The notes under the pieces: model-generated
The model's database searches: none
What the model was told of the DNA's origin: nothing
Seen by the model: only the letters and a program-made list of their open reading frames with translations
Assembly (NCBI GenBank): GCA_964404625.1
Contig: CAYOKR010000002.1
Location: 1-51,229 of the forward strand
Length of the DNA: 51,229 bases
Reading direction: 5' to 3'
From: an uncultured Oscillospiraceae bacterium
Lineage (GTDB): Bacteria > Bacillota > Clostridia > Christensenellales > CAG-314
Shown here: positions 18,821 to 28,808 of the stretch, one piece after another
Layout: the number at the start of each line of letters is the position of its first letter
How positions within the stretch are numbered: the first letter of the stretch is position 1
Translations under genes and position numbers: made by a program

Positions 18821-20272
18821 ATGGCATTTTGCGACAAAGAAAAACAACTGATTGACAGCGGTTATACGTGTATCGATAACAAATTTATTCTTAACTACGT
18901 TGCCGATGCTCCTGATATGCGCAGTGCTGTTTATCTGTTAGGACTTGTTTTAAGCCAGAGCAACGACGACGATAATGCTTGCACCACCATCGCACAAAAA
19001 TTGGGCATTTCCACCGAAGACGTGATGTCGGCATATCTCTACTGGGAAGAAGTCGGTCTTGTTCACATCACAGGAGAAAATCCGCCCCGAGTTATCTATC
19101 TTGACCTAAACAACAACGTTAGTGCACTAAAAAAGATAAAACCGGGCAAATACAACAAGTTTAGCCAAGAAATGCAACGCATTGTGAACGGCAGAATGAT
19201 AACCCCAAGCGAGTACAACGAGTACTACACCTTTTTGGAAGATACCACCTTCGAGCCTAACGCATTACTTGCCGTTGCACAATACTGCGTAGAGTTAAAA
19301 AACAATCAAATCAACGGTCATTATATTTTGAAAGTTGCACGCAGCCAACAAGCAAAGGGTGCAACAACGCTACTTTCCGTACAGGAAAACTTAAACAGCA
19401 AACAAAAGTACGACGACGACTTGCGCGTTATCTTTAAAGCACTAAATTCCGCAAGAAGTATCGATATCGACGACCGTGAAATGTACGAAAAGTGGACGAA
19501 AGAACTCGGTTTTACACTGGATACCATTGTTGCCATTGCTAAAAAATGCAAGAAAGGCGGCATGACAACGCTAAATAGTAAATTGAATGAATACTACAAA
19601 AAGGGTGCGCTTTCCGTTGTGGAAATCGACAACTACGAAAAGGAAAAAGCTACGTTGTACGACCTTGCAAGAGATATCAACAAATGTATCGGCGTGTACT
19701 ACCAAAGTTTGGATGCCATAGTAGACGAATACATTGCCAACTGGGTTCGCAAGGGATTTGACGAAGAAACGCTGATTGCTATTGCAAAATACTGTTTTAA
19801 AAGCGGTATTCGCACTCTTAACGGACTTGCAAACATTGTAGACAAACTGTACAAAAACGGCGTTACAACGTTATCGTCGTTGGAGCAATATCTCGCAAAC
19901 ATATCCGCAAAGGACGAAAGCATTGCCACTATACTCAAATGTGCAGGTTTGGACAGACGTGTTACCAACAACGACCGCGCACTTTACCGCACTTGGACGG
20001 AAACGTGGAACATGCCCGACGACGTAATTTTGTACGTTGCGGAAAAATCCGCCGGCACGACTACACCTACCGCCTACATAAACAGAGTGCTTTGCGACTA
20101 CAAGCAAAAAGGCATTACAACCGTAGAACAGGCAAAAGCGCAACAACCACAACAAAGCACGAAATCTGCACCCAAACGAGCAATTATCGGTCAAATAGAA
20201 ATTGAACGTCGTGAATACACCGACCAACAACTCAATGCGTTGTTTACCGCATTGGACGAGGAGGACGACTGA
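18821..20272 (+). CDS. DnaD/DnaB-domain replication protein with four DnaB_2-like repeats
   Basis: N-terminal IDNKFILNY..YWEEVGL winged helix; repeated units ending KGATTL, KGALSV, NGVTTL, KGITTV; coupled to the loader ATPase. Confidence 0.8.
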   Translation: MAFCDKEKQLIDSGYTCIDNKFILNYVADAPDMRSAVYLLGLVLSQSNDDDNACTTIAQKLGISTEDVMSAYLYWEEVGLVHITGENPPRVIYLDLNNNVSALKKIKPGKYNKFSQEMQRIVNGRMITPSEYNEYYTFLEDTTFEPNALLAVAQYCVELKNNQINGHYILKVARSQQAKGATTLLSVQENLNSKQKYDDDLRVIFKALNSARSIDIDDREMYEKWTKELGFTLDTIVAIAKKCKKGGMTTLNSKLNEYYKKGALSVVEIDNYEKEKATLYDLARDINKCIGVYYQSLDAIVDEYIANWVRKGFDEETLIAIAKYCFKSGIRTLNGLANIVDKLYKNGVTTLSSLEQYLANISAKDESIATILKCAGLDRRVTNNDRALYRTWTETWNMPDDVILYVAEKSAGTTTPTAYINRVLCDYKQKGITTVEQAKAQQPQQSTKSAPKRAIIGQIEIERREYTDQQLNALFTALDEEDD

Positions 20273-21165
20273 TGAACAAACAACAAATACGCCAAGTTGC
20301 ATTGCGTAACGTTTTGGAAAGACGCAACCGCGCCATCGACCGTTGCGACAAACTTCTTGCAAAACTTCGCACTCTGCCCGAGTGGGTACAATGCGAGACC
20401 AATCTAAAACAAGCGCAAGTGAACTACGTGATGAACGGTAAGCAACCTTGCGACCAACAACTTGTGCAGAAATATCGCGACCAACAAAAACAACTTCTTG
20501 CAAAGTACAAAGTGGACGAAAGTCGATTAGTTCCGCAGTTTAGTTGCCAAAAATGTCAAGATACCGGCTACGTCGGTAACGTTGCGTGCGAATGTTTACA
20601 AAAAGAAATTCGTGCATTGCTAATCAAAGACGCAAACATCAAACTGCCAAACTGCACCTTTGCACTATCTGTCGAAAATGACAAGCACAACCGTGCCGTC
20701 TACAAAAAGGCGCAAAGCCTTTGCCAAAAGGACGTTTTTACCAACGTACTACTTTTGGGCGCTACGGGAACGGGCAAAACCTACCTGCTTTCCGCCTGCG
20801 CAAATGAGTGTCTTGCCAACGACAAATCCGTGCTGTTTGCAACGGCATACTCTCTAAACGAAACCTTTTTGGAGTGTCACCTTGCCGATTTAAGCACAAA
20901 ACAACTGGTAATGGATAATATTTTGGACGTAGACGCACTGTTTATCGACGACCTTGGCACGGAAAACATCTACAATAACGTTACTGCAGAATACCTGTTT
21001 ACCACAATAAACGAACGTATCGCACATGGCAAACAAACGTTTATTTCCACCAACCTTACGTTGGCAGATATTCGCAACCGCTACGACGAAAGATTGTTTT
21101 CGCGCTTTGCCGACAAAAACGTCACCTTTGTTGCGCAACTTGTAGGCGACGACAAACGTATTTGA
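20272..21165 (+). CDS. DnaC/DnaI-type helicase loader ATPase
   Basis: CQKCQDTG..CEC zinc site, GATGTGKT Walker A, LFIDDLG Walker B, STNL, RLFSR; TGATG overlap with the upstream gene. Confidence 0.85.
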   Translation: MNKQQIRQVALRNVLERRNRAIDRCDKLLAKLRTLPEWVQCETNLKQAQVNYVMNGKQPCDQQLVQKYRDQQKQLLAKYKVDESRLVPQFSCQKCQDTGYVGNVACECLQKEIRALLIKDANIKLPNCTFALSVENDKHNRAVYKKAQSLCQKDVFTNVLLLGATGTGKTYLLSACANECLANDKSVLFATAYSLNETFLECHLADLSTKQLVMDNILDVDALFIDDLGTENIYNNVTAEYLFTTINERIAHGKQTFISTNLTLADIRNRYDERLFSRFADKNVTFVAQLVGDDKRI

Positions 21166-21254
21166 CAATAAACGGACAAAAACTACGTTAATCAACTTAA
21201 AGACTATTACGCAAACGATATGAGAGTTTATCAAATATCAAAACACATCTTTAC

Positions 21255-21302
21255 AAAAAAGCGACCTTTTGTACAGTATTTTACTGTTAAAGGTCGTTTT
21301 TT
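21255..21302. terminator. Bidirectional terminator between the loader gene and LysR
   Basis: AAAAAAGCGACCTTT..AAAGGTCGTTTTTT. Confidence 0.8.
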
Positions 21303-21335
21303 GTTTAGTTAAATATGCAGTTTTGTGTAGTTTGG

Positions 21336-22238
21336 CTATTTGCGTGCTACCGTCTCGTTGTAGGTTGCAGCAATCTTCTCGACAATTTCTACGTGGTCGA
21401 AAGTTTTGTGATACACAATGGTCGTTTCGCGAATCATACTCAAATTTTCGATAGGCAAAGCCACCAAGGTGTGCTTTTTGATTTCCTTATAGCAGGTGCT
21501 TCGTGCCAAAACGGTAACGCCGATATCTTTTTTGACAAGGTTTTTGATTGTCGCAATGCTATCCGCCTCGATAATAACGTCGAAGGAATCGATGCTTTCG
21601 CCAATGGATTGCAAGGAACCTTCCAACTTGGCACGAGTGGAGGAGGACGGCAAACGCAAAATTAGGTGTTGACGTTTCAGTTCTTCCAGGGTAATGGCGG
21701 ATTTTTTTGCAAGAGGATTATCTGCGGAAACGATACACATAAGCGAGTCGGTATCGATAACAACAAAATTTAAGTCTCTGCCTGTTGGCTTTCCTTCGAT
21801 AATCGCCATGTCGATTTCAAAATTTTCCAGCATTGCATAAAGATTTTTTATGTTGTCAGTAATAAACGTAATGCTAAAGTTATCAATACCACCCGTCAAT
21901 TTAGACAACGCTTCCACAACAAAACCACTCTCTTGTGTGTGAGTAATGCCTATGCGGATTTTGCGCAAATTATTACGCGCATTACGGACGGTATTTTGCA
22001 TCGTGTCACACAAAGCGCTCAAACGCCTTGCATAAAGCAGTGCGATTTCCCCCTCGGGAGACAAAATTAACTCTCCTTTTTTGCGTAAAAACAGCGTTAC
22101 GCCCAGTTCTTCTTCCAATTTTTTGATATGATTACTAACCGCAGGTTGCGTTAAACCTAGTATTTCGCCGGCTTTTGTAAAGTTTTGTGTTTCGCACACG
22201 GTTATTAACGTATCTAATTTAGCATCCAACAACGACAT
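21336..22238 (-). CDS. LysR family transcriptional regulator
   Basis: NFTKAGEILGLTQPAVSNHIKKLEEELGVTLF HTH, 300 aa. Confidence 0.93.
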   Translation of the reverse strand: MSLLDAKLDTLITVCETQNFTKAGEILGLTQPAVSNHIKKLEEELGVTLFLRKKGELILSPEGEIALLYARRLSALCDTMQNTVRNARNNLRKIRIGITHTQESGFVVEALSKLTGGIDNFSITFITDNIKNLYAMLENFEIDMAIIEGKPTGRDLNFVVIDTDSLMCIVSADNPLAKKSAITLEELKRQHLILRLPSSSTRAKLEGSLQSIGESIDSFDVIIEADSIATIKNLVKKDIGVTVLARSTCYKEIKKHTLVALPIENLSMIRETTIVYHKTFDHVEIVEKIAATYNETVARK

Positions 22239-22250
22239 TTTTGCACCACC

Positions 22251-22265
22251 ATAACAAAAATTTAT
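22251..22265. promoter_or_regulatory. Putative LysR binding box
   Basis: ATAA-N7-TTAT dyad (T-N11-A) between the divergent LysR and antiporter genes, upstream of TTGACT-17-TATCAT. Confidence 0.5.
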
Positions 22266-22500
22266 CTATACATAAATAATCATATCTTGACTTTATGATT
22301 ACGATAGTATATCATATATCAAAATATTTTTCAATACAATTAGGTTATTTTTTGTATTATATAAAGATTGTTTTATGTTTATATCATAATACTTGCACGA
22401 GCAAGTGTGTTAAAAAATGCGCAAAATCGCTTTACGACAACACGCCTACCGCATAGAAAACAATCTTGTGCCGATACAAAAATTAGTTTGGAGACCACTA

Positions 22501-23943
22501 ATGCTTGAAAATTTTGCTCCCGCTCCGCAAACAATAATATCCGTGGCTGTGATGTTGATTGCAGGCTTTTTGTTAACAAGGGTAACCAAGTTACTAAAAT
22601 TGCCAAACGTTACCGGCTATATTATTGCGGGAATTTTGATAGGTCCATACTGTTTTAACATAATTCCGCAGGGCGTTATCGACGGGATGAGTTTTCTTGC
22701 AGATATCGCACTAGCGTTTATCGCATTTGGTACGGGCGAATTTTTTAAACTATCCGTTCTTAAGAAAAACGGCGTAAAAAACATAATTATCACGTTGTTT
22801 GAGTCGTTAGTGGCAAGTTTGGTTGTGTTTATCGTTACCTACTGGATAATGAATTTGGGTATGGCATTTTCCATCGTGTTGGCGTCGCTTGCTGCGGCAA
22901 CGGCACCTGCATCCACAATGATGACCATCCGCCAAACCGGTTCCAAAGGCGATTTTGTAGATACGTTGTTGCAAGTCGTCGCTTTAGACGACGTTGTTGG
23001 GCTTGTTGCTTTTTCCGTTGCTATTGCTATTGCAACCGCAGTAATTTCCGACTCAGTTTCCGCAATGGGAATTTTGTTGCCGGTGCTATACAACCTGGCG
23101 ATGATTGTTCTCGGTGGTTTGTGCGGATTGTTACTAAAAGCACTTATATCACGTCACTCTACCGATAACCGACTTATAATCGCCATTGCCGTTTTGTTCG
23201 GTTTTTGCGGAATTAGTGCATTTTTGGACGTTTCGCCACTACTTGGTTGCATGGTTATGGGCACGGTGTACATGAACACTACCAACGACGACAAACTATT
23301 TAAGCAACTAAATTACTTTTCACCACCGATACTACTGTTATTCTTTGTGCGTTCGGGCGCAAATTTCCAATTGGATGCTTTACTAAGCACGGGCGACTCT
23401 ATCGCAGGGATTCCATTACTTGTTATTGGTGCAGTATACTTTATCGTTCGTATCATCGGCAAATATGCCGGTGCGTTTATTGGATGTCAAGTTGTTAAAA
23501 AGGACAAACTTGTGCGCAACTACTTAGGATTTGCCCTTGTTCCGCAAGCGGGCGTTGCAATCGGTCTCGCCGCATTAGCATCGCGTACCGTCGGCGGAGA
23601 AACGGGCGCAGCAATGGAAACGATAATACTTGCATCAAGCGTGATGTACGAACTTATCGGCCCGGCATTGGCAAAAATGTCGTTGTACCTATCCAAATCG
23701 TACGTTCCCGGGGCGGTTGCGGAAAACAACAACGAACAACCGCAAACCGCAGACGTTACGTCCAACGATGCCGTTACACCACGTATCGTAGACGACCAAA
23801 CCAACGTAGACAAATTGATTAGCAAAATCAAAACGATACAACAATCGTTACCGCATGCCGACGAACAAGCAGATGAAGACGCTTTTACGGAAGCGGCGGA
23901 AGAATACTATCTTTTGAACACTCGCAAACGCACCAAGCGTTAA
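22501..23943 (+). CDS. Cation:proton antiporter (CPA2/Kef-like)
   Basis: LPNVTGYIIAGILIGP, ATAPAST, VALDD, PQAGVAIGL; many TM helices; GGAGA RBS. Confidence 0.85.
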   Translation: MLENFAPAPQTIISVAVMLIAGFLLTRVTKLLKLPNVTGYIIAGILIGPYCFNIIPQGVIDGMSFLADIALAFIAFGTGEFFKLSVLKKNGVKNIIITLFESLVASLVVFIVTYWIMNLGMAFSIVLASLAAATAPASTMMTIRQTGSKGDFVDTLLQVVALDDVVGLVAFSVAIAIATAVISDSVSAMGILLPVLYNLAMIVLGGLCGLLLKALISRHSTDNRLIIAIAVLFGFCGISAFLDVSPLLGCMVMGTVYMNTTNDDKLFKQLNYFSPPILLLFFVRSGANFQLDALLSTGDSIAGIPLLVIGAVYFIVRIIGKYAGAFIGCQVVKKDKLVRNYLGFALVPQAGVAIGLAALASRTVGGETGAAMETIILASSVMYELIGPALAKMSLYLSKSYVPGAVAENNNEQPQTADVTSNDAVTPRIVDDQTNVDKLISKIKTIQQSLPHADEQADEDAFTEAAEEYYLLNTRKRTKR

Positions 23944-24249
23944 AAACAAGTCAATCGTATTTGACAAACAAGTCTCTCGAAGTACTTATTTACTTAAAAT
24001 AACGTTACGTTACAACGATACGTCACAATCTTTGATAAAGTAACAAAGTAAAAAACAAAACAAATTGTACAAGAAAGTTTCAAACGTGCTCGACTTTTCA
24101 ACACCGAAACAATAATTGTACAATAAATCGCGCCACAAAACAAATCAAATCTATACTCTCGTAGGGGGTAGATTACCACCGAAACATAAAATATTTTTGT
24201 TGAACGAAAATCGCATGATACAAACAATACCGTATAAGGAGATATAACT

Positions 24250-24951
24250 ATGAACGATCCTATTGCAAAATTGCTCGGAAGTTGGGCTCAAAACATAACT
24301 ATCGGCTCGGTGCTAATTCGTGTGGCTTTAGCGATTATTTTCGCATTTATCGTAGGATGCGAACGCTCTCGCAAAGGACACACCGCCGGACTTAAAACGT
24401 TTTTGTTACTGTCGTTGACGTCGGCATCTTGCATGATTATCGACTCCGCTTTGGGGCTTATCATCCCATTCTGCTCCATCGGGGCAATTATCGGCTCGGC
24501 AATGTTGGGCGGAAACTCTATTTTGTTCGGCGCAAAAAACCAAATCAAGGGTTTAACAACGTCCGCTTGGCTGTGGACGTGCAGTATTTTCGGTTTGCTT
24601 GCAGGCGCAGGATTGTACACCACTTCGCTCATTTTGATGGTTGTGTACGCAATCATTTTGTGGCTGTTCCCCGACGTGGAAAAAGGACTTAAAAAGGCGT
24701 CGAGACACTTTGAAATTCACGTAGAATTACTCAATAAAAACAATTTGAAAGGTTTTATGACGACTTTGCGCGAACTTGGACTGCGCATCGACGACGTAGA
24801 AATGAACTCGGCGTTTATCAACTCCGGCTTGAGCGTGTACTCGATGAAACTTACAATCGAAAGTGAAGAACTTAAAAAACAAAAATCGCACGACGACCTT
24901 ATCCAAGCATTGCGCAGTATCGACTATGTGCAATACATCGACGAAATTTAG
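24250..24951 (+). CDS. MgtC/SapB family protein
   Basis: GCERSRKGHTAGLKT and KGLTTSAWLW motifs, ACT-like C-terminus. Confidence 0.88.
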   Translation: MNDPIAKLLGSWAQNITIGSVLIRVALAIIFAFIVGCERSRKGHTAGLKTFLLLSLTSASCMIIDSALGLIIPFCSIGAIIGSAMLGGNSILFGAKNQIKGLTTSAWLWTCSIFGLLAGAGLYTTSLILMVVYAIILWLFPDVEKGLKKASRHFEIHVELLNKNNLKGFMTTLRELGLRIDDVEMNSAFINSGLSVYSMKLTIESEELKKQKSHDDLIQALRSIDYVQYIDEI

Positions 24952-25137
24952 TCTTTGACGATACACAAAACGTTGAGTGCTGCATTTTAATAAAGATAGA
25001 AAAATTTTCTCGCACCGAAGTCGCAAACAAAATAAACATAACTTTACAAAAATCTGTACGTTGCATATTTAGTATGTATTATCTACCAATGTTTCTTTTA
25101 GAAACTAATATTTTAAGTTTACTTTCACACAAAAAGT

Positions 25138-25174
25138 AAATGCACTCAAAAGTAAAACTTTTGGGTGCATTTTT
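25138..25174 (+). terminator. Intrinsic terminator
   Basis: AAATGCACTCAAAAG..CTTTTGGGTGCATTTTT. Confidence 0.75.
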
Positions 25175-25413
25175 GTTAACGATAATCACGCAATGTATGT
25201 ATTTATCAATTTAACGTCTAAAAATTACAAAACTGATACTTAAACATCCACTTTTGCGTAAATTGTGGTAAAATCCTTGTTATTTCTGTTGTCAATTCTG
25301 TCAATACCTACGTTGTGTGCAACAAAAGTTAGCGATTTGCAAGTAGGCATTTCACCATTGCAATTTGCATCAACGTGTGATACAATACTATCAAAAAACA
25401 TTGGAGGCATTTT

Positions 25414-26190
25414 ATGAAAATTACTTTTATCACGGGCGCAGCAAGTGGTCTTGGTTTGGAATTTGCACGTTTGTTCGCAAAGGACGGCAACAATTTGTTG
25501 TTGGTAGATATCGACGCACAAGGTTTAGAACGCGCAAAACAAGAGTTGCAAACATCCTACGAAAACATCGTTGTGGACACTTTTGTTGCGGATTTGTCGC
25601 AAACGGACGAGCTAAAACGCGCTTTCAACTACACCGTAGCAAAGGACTATTTTGTAAACAATTTGGCAAACTGTGCAGGTTTTGGCGACAGATGTGATTT
25701 TAAGGATATGGACGTAGACAAACAACTTGCCATGACCAACGTAAACTGCAACGCCGTGTTGTACTTTACGCGCGTATTTTTGGACAACATGCTCGCTCAA
25801 AACGAAGGACATATCATCAACGTTGCATCCATTGCTGCATTTATGCCGGCTCCGTATATGTGCACCTATCACGCAACAAAAAGTTTCGTGCTGTTGCTTG
25901 GTGAAGCGGTTAGTTACGAAATTCGCAAAACCAACGTTAAATTGCTTACGCTTTGCCCCGGACCGTTTATGTCAAAATTTGTGGAACTTGCCCACAACGA
26001 CTACACTTTCCAAAAGATAAAGCCCATTTCCGCTGTAAAGGTTGCACAAATCGGCTACAAAAAATCGTTAAAAGGCAAAAGTTTGCATATTATTGGTGCA
26101 GGCAACCGCCTTACCATTTTTGCAATGCGACTTGTTCCACGCAAATTTGTTACTCGCTCGTCAGCAAAATCCATGAAAAAGGGCGATTAG
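25414..26190 (+). CDS. Short-chain dehydrogenase/reductase
   Basis: TGAASGLG, NCAG, YHATK catalytic motif. Confidence 0.9.
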   Translation: MKITFITGAASGLGLEFARLFAKDGNNLLLVDIDAQGLERAKQELQTSYENIVVDTFVADLSQTDELKRAFNYTVAKDYFVNNLANCAGFGDRCDFKDMDVDKQLAMTNVNCNAVLYFTRVFLDNMLAQNEGHIINVASIAAFMPAPYMCTYHATKSFVLLLGEAVSYEIRKTNVKLLTLCPGPFMSKFVELAHNDYTFQKIKPISAVKVAQIGYKKSLKGKSLHIIGAGNRLTIFAMRLVPRKFVTRSSAKSMKKGD

Positions 26191-26374
26191 CAACGACAAA
26201 CAAGCTAACTATACGTATCATTTTACAAAATCGTACGTTTCTTAAAAAATTCATCTCTGCTACGACCTAAAAAACGAACCACCATATTTTACGCAATTTG
26301 ATATTCATTTTGCATAGAAAAAACATATTGTGATTTGATATTTATTTTACATAGAAAGAACCTACTTTATACAT

Positions 26375-26412
26375 AAAAAACGACGGCTTTCTTGCGAAAA
26401 TCGTCGTTTTTT
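26375..26412. terminator. Bidirectional terminator
   Basis: AAAAAACGACGG..ATCGTCGTTTTTT between the convergent SDR and TfoX genes. Confidence 0.75.
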
Positions 26413-26485
26413 GCGTGCCACTACCTATTTTGATACAATTTGTGTACACTCTTAATTTGCGTACACCTATAAATTTGAAATTAAA

Positions 26486-26791
26486 TTATTTCTTTTTCTT
26501 TGTCTCGGGCAGTTCTTCGTACATTGTCTCAAATAGTTTATGGAGAAAATCTCTATCCTCAATATTTTCAACAAGGAGCATTTCTTTTGCACCTTCGTAT
26601 GGGAGTTCTCTCTCCGCTTCGGGCATCAATGTGACCGCTGACAGCGTAGGTTTGACTAATAAGCGGTTATCGTAGATACCGCCAACAACCTTGCCACTGT
26701 AATAAAGCACATATTCTCCCATCATTGCACGGGCGGATAAATCGCTACATTGCTCTAACACAAAATCTAAATATTCTCTACTGCTTGCCAT
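26486..26791 (-). CDS. TfoX/Sxy N-terminal domain protein
   Basis: MASSREYLDFVLEQ..RAMMGEY..GGIYDNRLLVKPT..PYEGAKEM. Confidence 0.85.
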   Translation of the reverse strand: MASSREYLDFVLEQCSDLSARAMMGEYVLYYSGKVVGGIYDNRLLVKPTLSAVTLMPEAERELPYEGAKEMLLVENIEDRDFLHKLFETMYEELPETKKKK

Positions 26792-26817
26792 AATCACCTC
26801 TATAAATTATTTGTTGA

Positions 26818-27180
26818 TTATATCGGTGTTCCAACTTCGATTAAATTTCCGTCTAAGTCATAGAATTTGACTATCTTTTGCCCCCAACTGAGGGTCATCA
26901 GGTGATTGACATATTCAATTTCGGGGTAAAGTGTTTCAAGGCGCTCTACAAATTGCTCTATATTCGGCTCTTCAAAATACAACTCAGACTGATTACTGTT
27001 TGGAACAACTCTTCTTTTTAAGAATTGTTCCCAATATCCAAACTCCTGTAAATATAAATTATTCGTCAATTCCATATTTCCATCGTTGTCTTGAAGCAGT
27101 TGAAACCCGAACATATCACTATAGAACTTTAATGCACGGTTACAATCTTTAACAACAATAAGCGTTCCTTTGTATTTCAT
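26818..27180 (-). CDS. VOC/glyoxalase family protein
   Basis: LIVVKD..ALKFYSDMFG, ELYFE, WGQ..FYDLDGNLIEVG. Confidence 0.85.
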   Translation of the reverse strand: MKYKGTLIVVKDCNRALKFYSDMFGFQLLQDNDGNMELTNNLYLQEFGYWEQFLKRRVVPNSNQSELYFEEPNIEQFVERLETLYPEIEYVNHLMTLSWGQKIVKFYDLDGNLIEVGTPI

Positions 27181-27281
27181 ATGCGTTCTCCTTCGCAAAT
27201 TATTATTCATCTTTGCGCTTATTATACCACAAAATCTCTCATTTTCAATGGATTCACTACTACGTCAAAAATTTGAAAAAG

Positions 27282-27313
27282 AAAAAAGGTTCGATACTTT
27301 CGTATCAAACCTT
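27282..27313 (-). terminator. Terminator after tRNA-Thr
   Basis: Minus strand AAGGTTTGATAC-GAAA-GTATCGAACCTTTTTT. Confidence 0.75.
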
Positions 27314-27320
27314 CGATGTG

Positions 27321-27396
27321 TGGAGCTGATGACGGGATTCGGACCCGTGACCTCCGCCTTACCAAGGCGGTGCGCTACCTGCTGTGCCACATCAGC
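27321..27396 (-). tRNA. tRNA-Thr(GGT)
   Basis: GCTGATG/CATCAGC acceptor stem, CCGCC-TTGGTAA-GGCGG anticodon arm, encoded CCA, 76 nt. Confidence 0.95.
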
Positions 27397-27436
27397 GATT
27401 TTGTGCGTTTTGCCTAAACAAAACTTTAGCTTGTAT

Positions 27437-27465
27437 ATTATATCGTGTTTGCAGATTATTGTCAA
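27437..27465 (-). promoter_or_regulatory. Consensus sigma-A promoter of tRNA-Thr
   Basis: TTGACA-17bp-TATAAT. Confidence 0.85.
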
Positions 27466-27628
27466 ACATATTGCTTAATTTGTTTGTAAAATATATTTTT
27501 TTGTATAGTGTAATATTAAATGCAGGAAAGGGGATTGCTTAATTGCAAGGGTTTCCTGCATTTTGTTTTGCTTTTGTAAAGCAACTGGTGTTAATTTTTT
27601 TTGTTTTACTCGGTTTAACAATTTATCT

Positions 27629-28243
27629 TTACAACCGCCAATATTTTTTGCGCTTGTGTTGCTGATATGCTTCCAGCGGTTCTCCGTCCTTATAACACAA
27701 TGTTACATTTTCGCCTTCCACAAGCCAACCTTCTTGGCAAATTCTCCACATTGGGGTGTCTGTAAAGGAGTCGCTGTAGTATGCTTTCAGCGGCGTGTTG
27801 GTAAAGTGCATTTCGTAGCCGTAAACCTTCATTGGACCGTAGTAGTATGGGCCGACATATTGCCCTGTGCGAATGTTCATTTCCGATGCGATACACTTGA
27901 TACCCAAGCGTTTGCACATTGGTTCAACCAAAAAACGTGGGGATGCCGAAATAACAAAATCGTCGTCTTGACGGCGGTCGAGATACCATTTTTTTACACG
28001 CTTTTGGTTTTTGTCCCAGAACTTTTCCACAACATTTTCCTTGTGGGGAATAAATATCAAATACCAACTCATCACGGACGAAAACTTGCGGTTATCCACA
28101 AGATGCAACAGATAAAAAAGTGCAAAAAACACTTGCACCACCAAAAGCAATGCAATGTACGGAAAATGCAACAGGCAGTAGAAGTAAAAACTGCGCCAAC
28201 AGTTGCCTTTTATTATCGTGTCGTCAAAATCGTAGCCATTCAT
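27629..28243 (-). CDS. HAD-IB family phosphatase/hydrolase (leaderless)
   Basis: YDFDDT motif I, ISASP motif II, YSDSFTDTP motif IV; start set at MNGYDFDDT. Confidence 0.8.
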   Translation of the reverse strand: MNGYDFDDTIIKGNCWRSFYFYCLLHFPYIALLLVVQVFFALFYLLHLVDNRKFSSVMSWYLIFIPHKENVVEKFWDKNQKRVKKWYLDRRQDDDFVISASPRFLVEPMCKRLGIKCIASEMNIRTGQYVGPYYYGPMKVYGYEMHFTNTPLKAYYSDSFTDTPMWRICQEGWLVEGENVTLCYKDGEPLEAYQQHKRKKYWRL

Positions 28244-28249
28244 AATGAA

Positions 28250-28278
28250 AGTATAACACAAACTTACCCTTTTGGCAA
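28250..28278 (-). promoter_or_regulatory. sigma-A promoter giving a leaderless HAD mRNA
   Basis: TTGCCA-17bp-TATACT (TG-extended) 6 nt before the ATG, no SD. Confidence 0.65.
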
Positions 28279-28552
28279 GAATAAAATAATGATAGTCGAC
28301 GGATTGCAAAAACGGTAGACGGTTTATCGTTAAACCATCCACGTGGTGCAACATAGTGGCTTGTGGTAACGTGAAAAATGGTCGATTGTTTATAGAAACT
28401 TTTGCCAGATTTTTTGTCCATCAATAGGTAAGTCGATATGTATTTATACAAAATCATCCGGTATACGCTGGCACGCAAAGGGGACTACGCTTGGTAAGTC
28501 GATGTAGATTTGCACAAAAACGTCGTATATCAAAAACGTTAAAACTGAAACA

Positions 28553-28597
28553 AAAAAAAGGAAAAACTTCGATACGTATCGTTGTTTTTCCCCTTTG
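28553..28597 (-). terminator. Terminator of the DUF1858 gene
   Basis: Minus strand GGGGAAAAAC..GTTTTTCCTTTTTTTT. Confidence 0.7.
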
Positions 28598-28625
28598 TGT
28601 GCAAATATTTACCTGTTGTTGTAAA

Positions 28626-28808
28626 CTATGCGTTAAGTTGTGCAAGCATAACGTCTACGTCTACACCGTGAACAGCAGCTGCTTCTTCAACGGTTTCTTG
28701 ATGAGCCATAAGGCAGTGAATACATCCCATTCCGTAGGAAGAAAAAACTGCTGCAGCTTGTGGTTTAATTTGCAAAACGTCGATAATGCGCATGTCTTTT
28801 GTTATCAT
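28626..28808 (-). CDS. DUF1858 domain protein
   Basis: MITKDMRI..GMGCIHC..ETVEEAAAVHGVD; AAGGAG RBS. Confidence 0.88.
   Translation of the reverse strand: MITKDMRIIDVLQIKPQAAAVFSSYGMGCIHCLMAHQETVEEAAAVHGVDVDVMLAQLNA

Noticed and set aside
23950-24249. M-box (Mg2+) riboswitch upstream of mgtC
   Set aside because: Only a small hairpin (about 24148-24174); no GGUGAGGCU consensus
28092-28100. Perfect DnaA box TTATCCACA
   Set aside because: Single copy inside the HAD coding sequence, with no cluster
28427-28524. CRISPR array (32-bp unit, 66-bp period)
   Set aside because: Only two divergent units, irregular further copies and no cas genes
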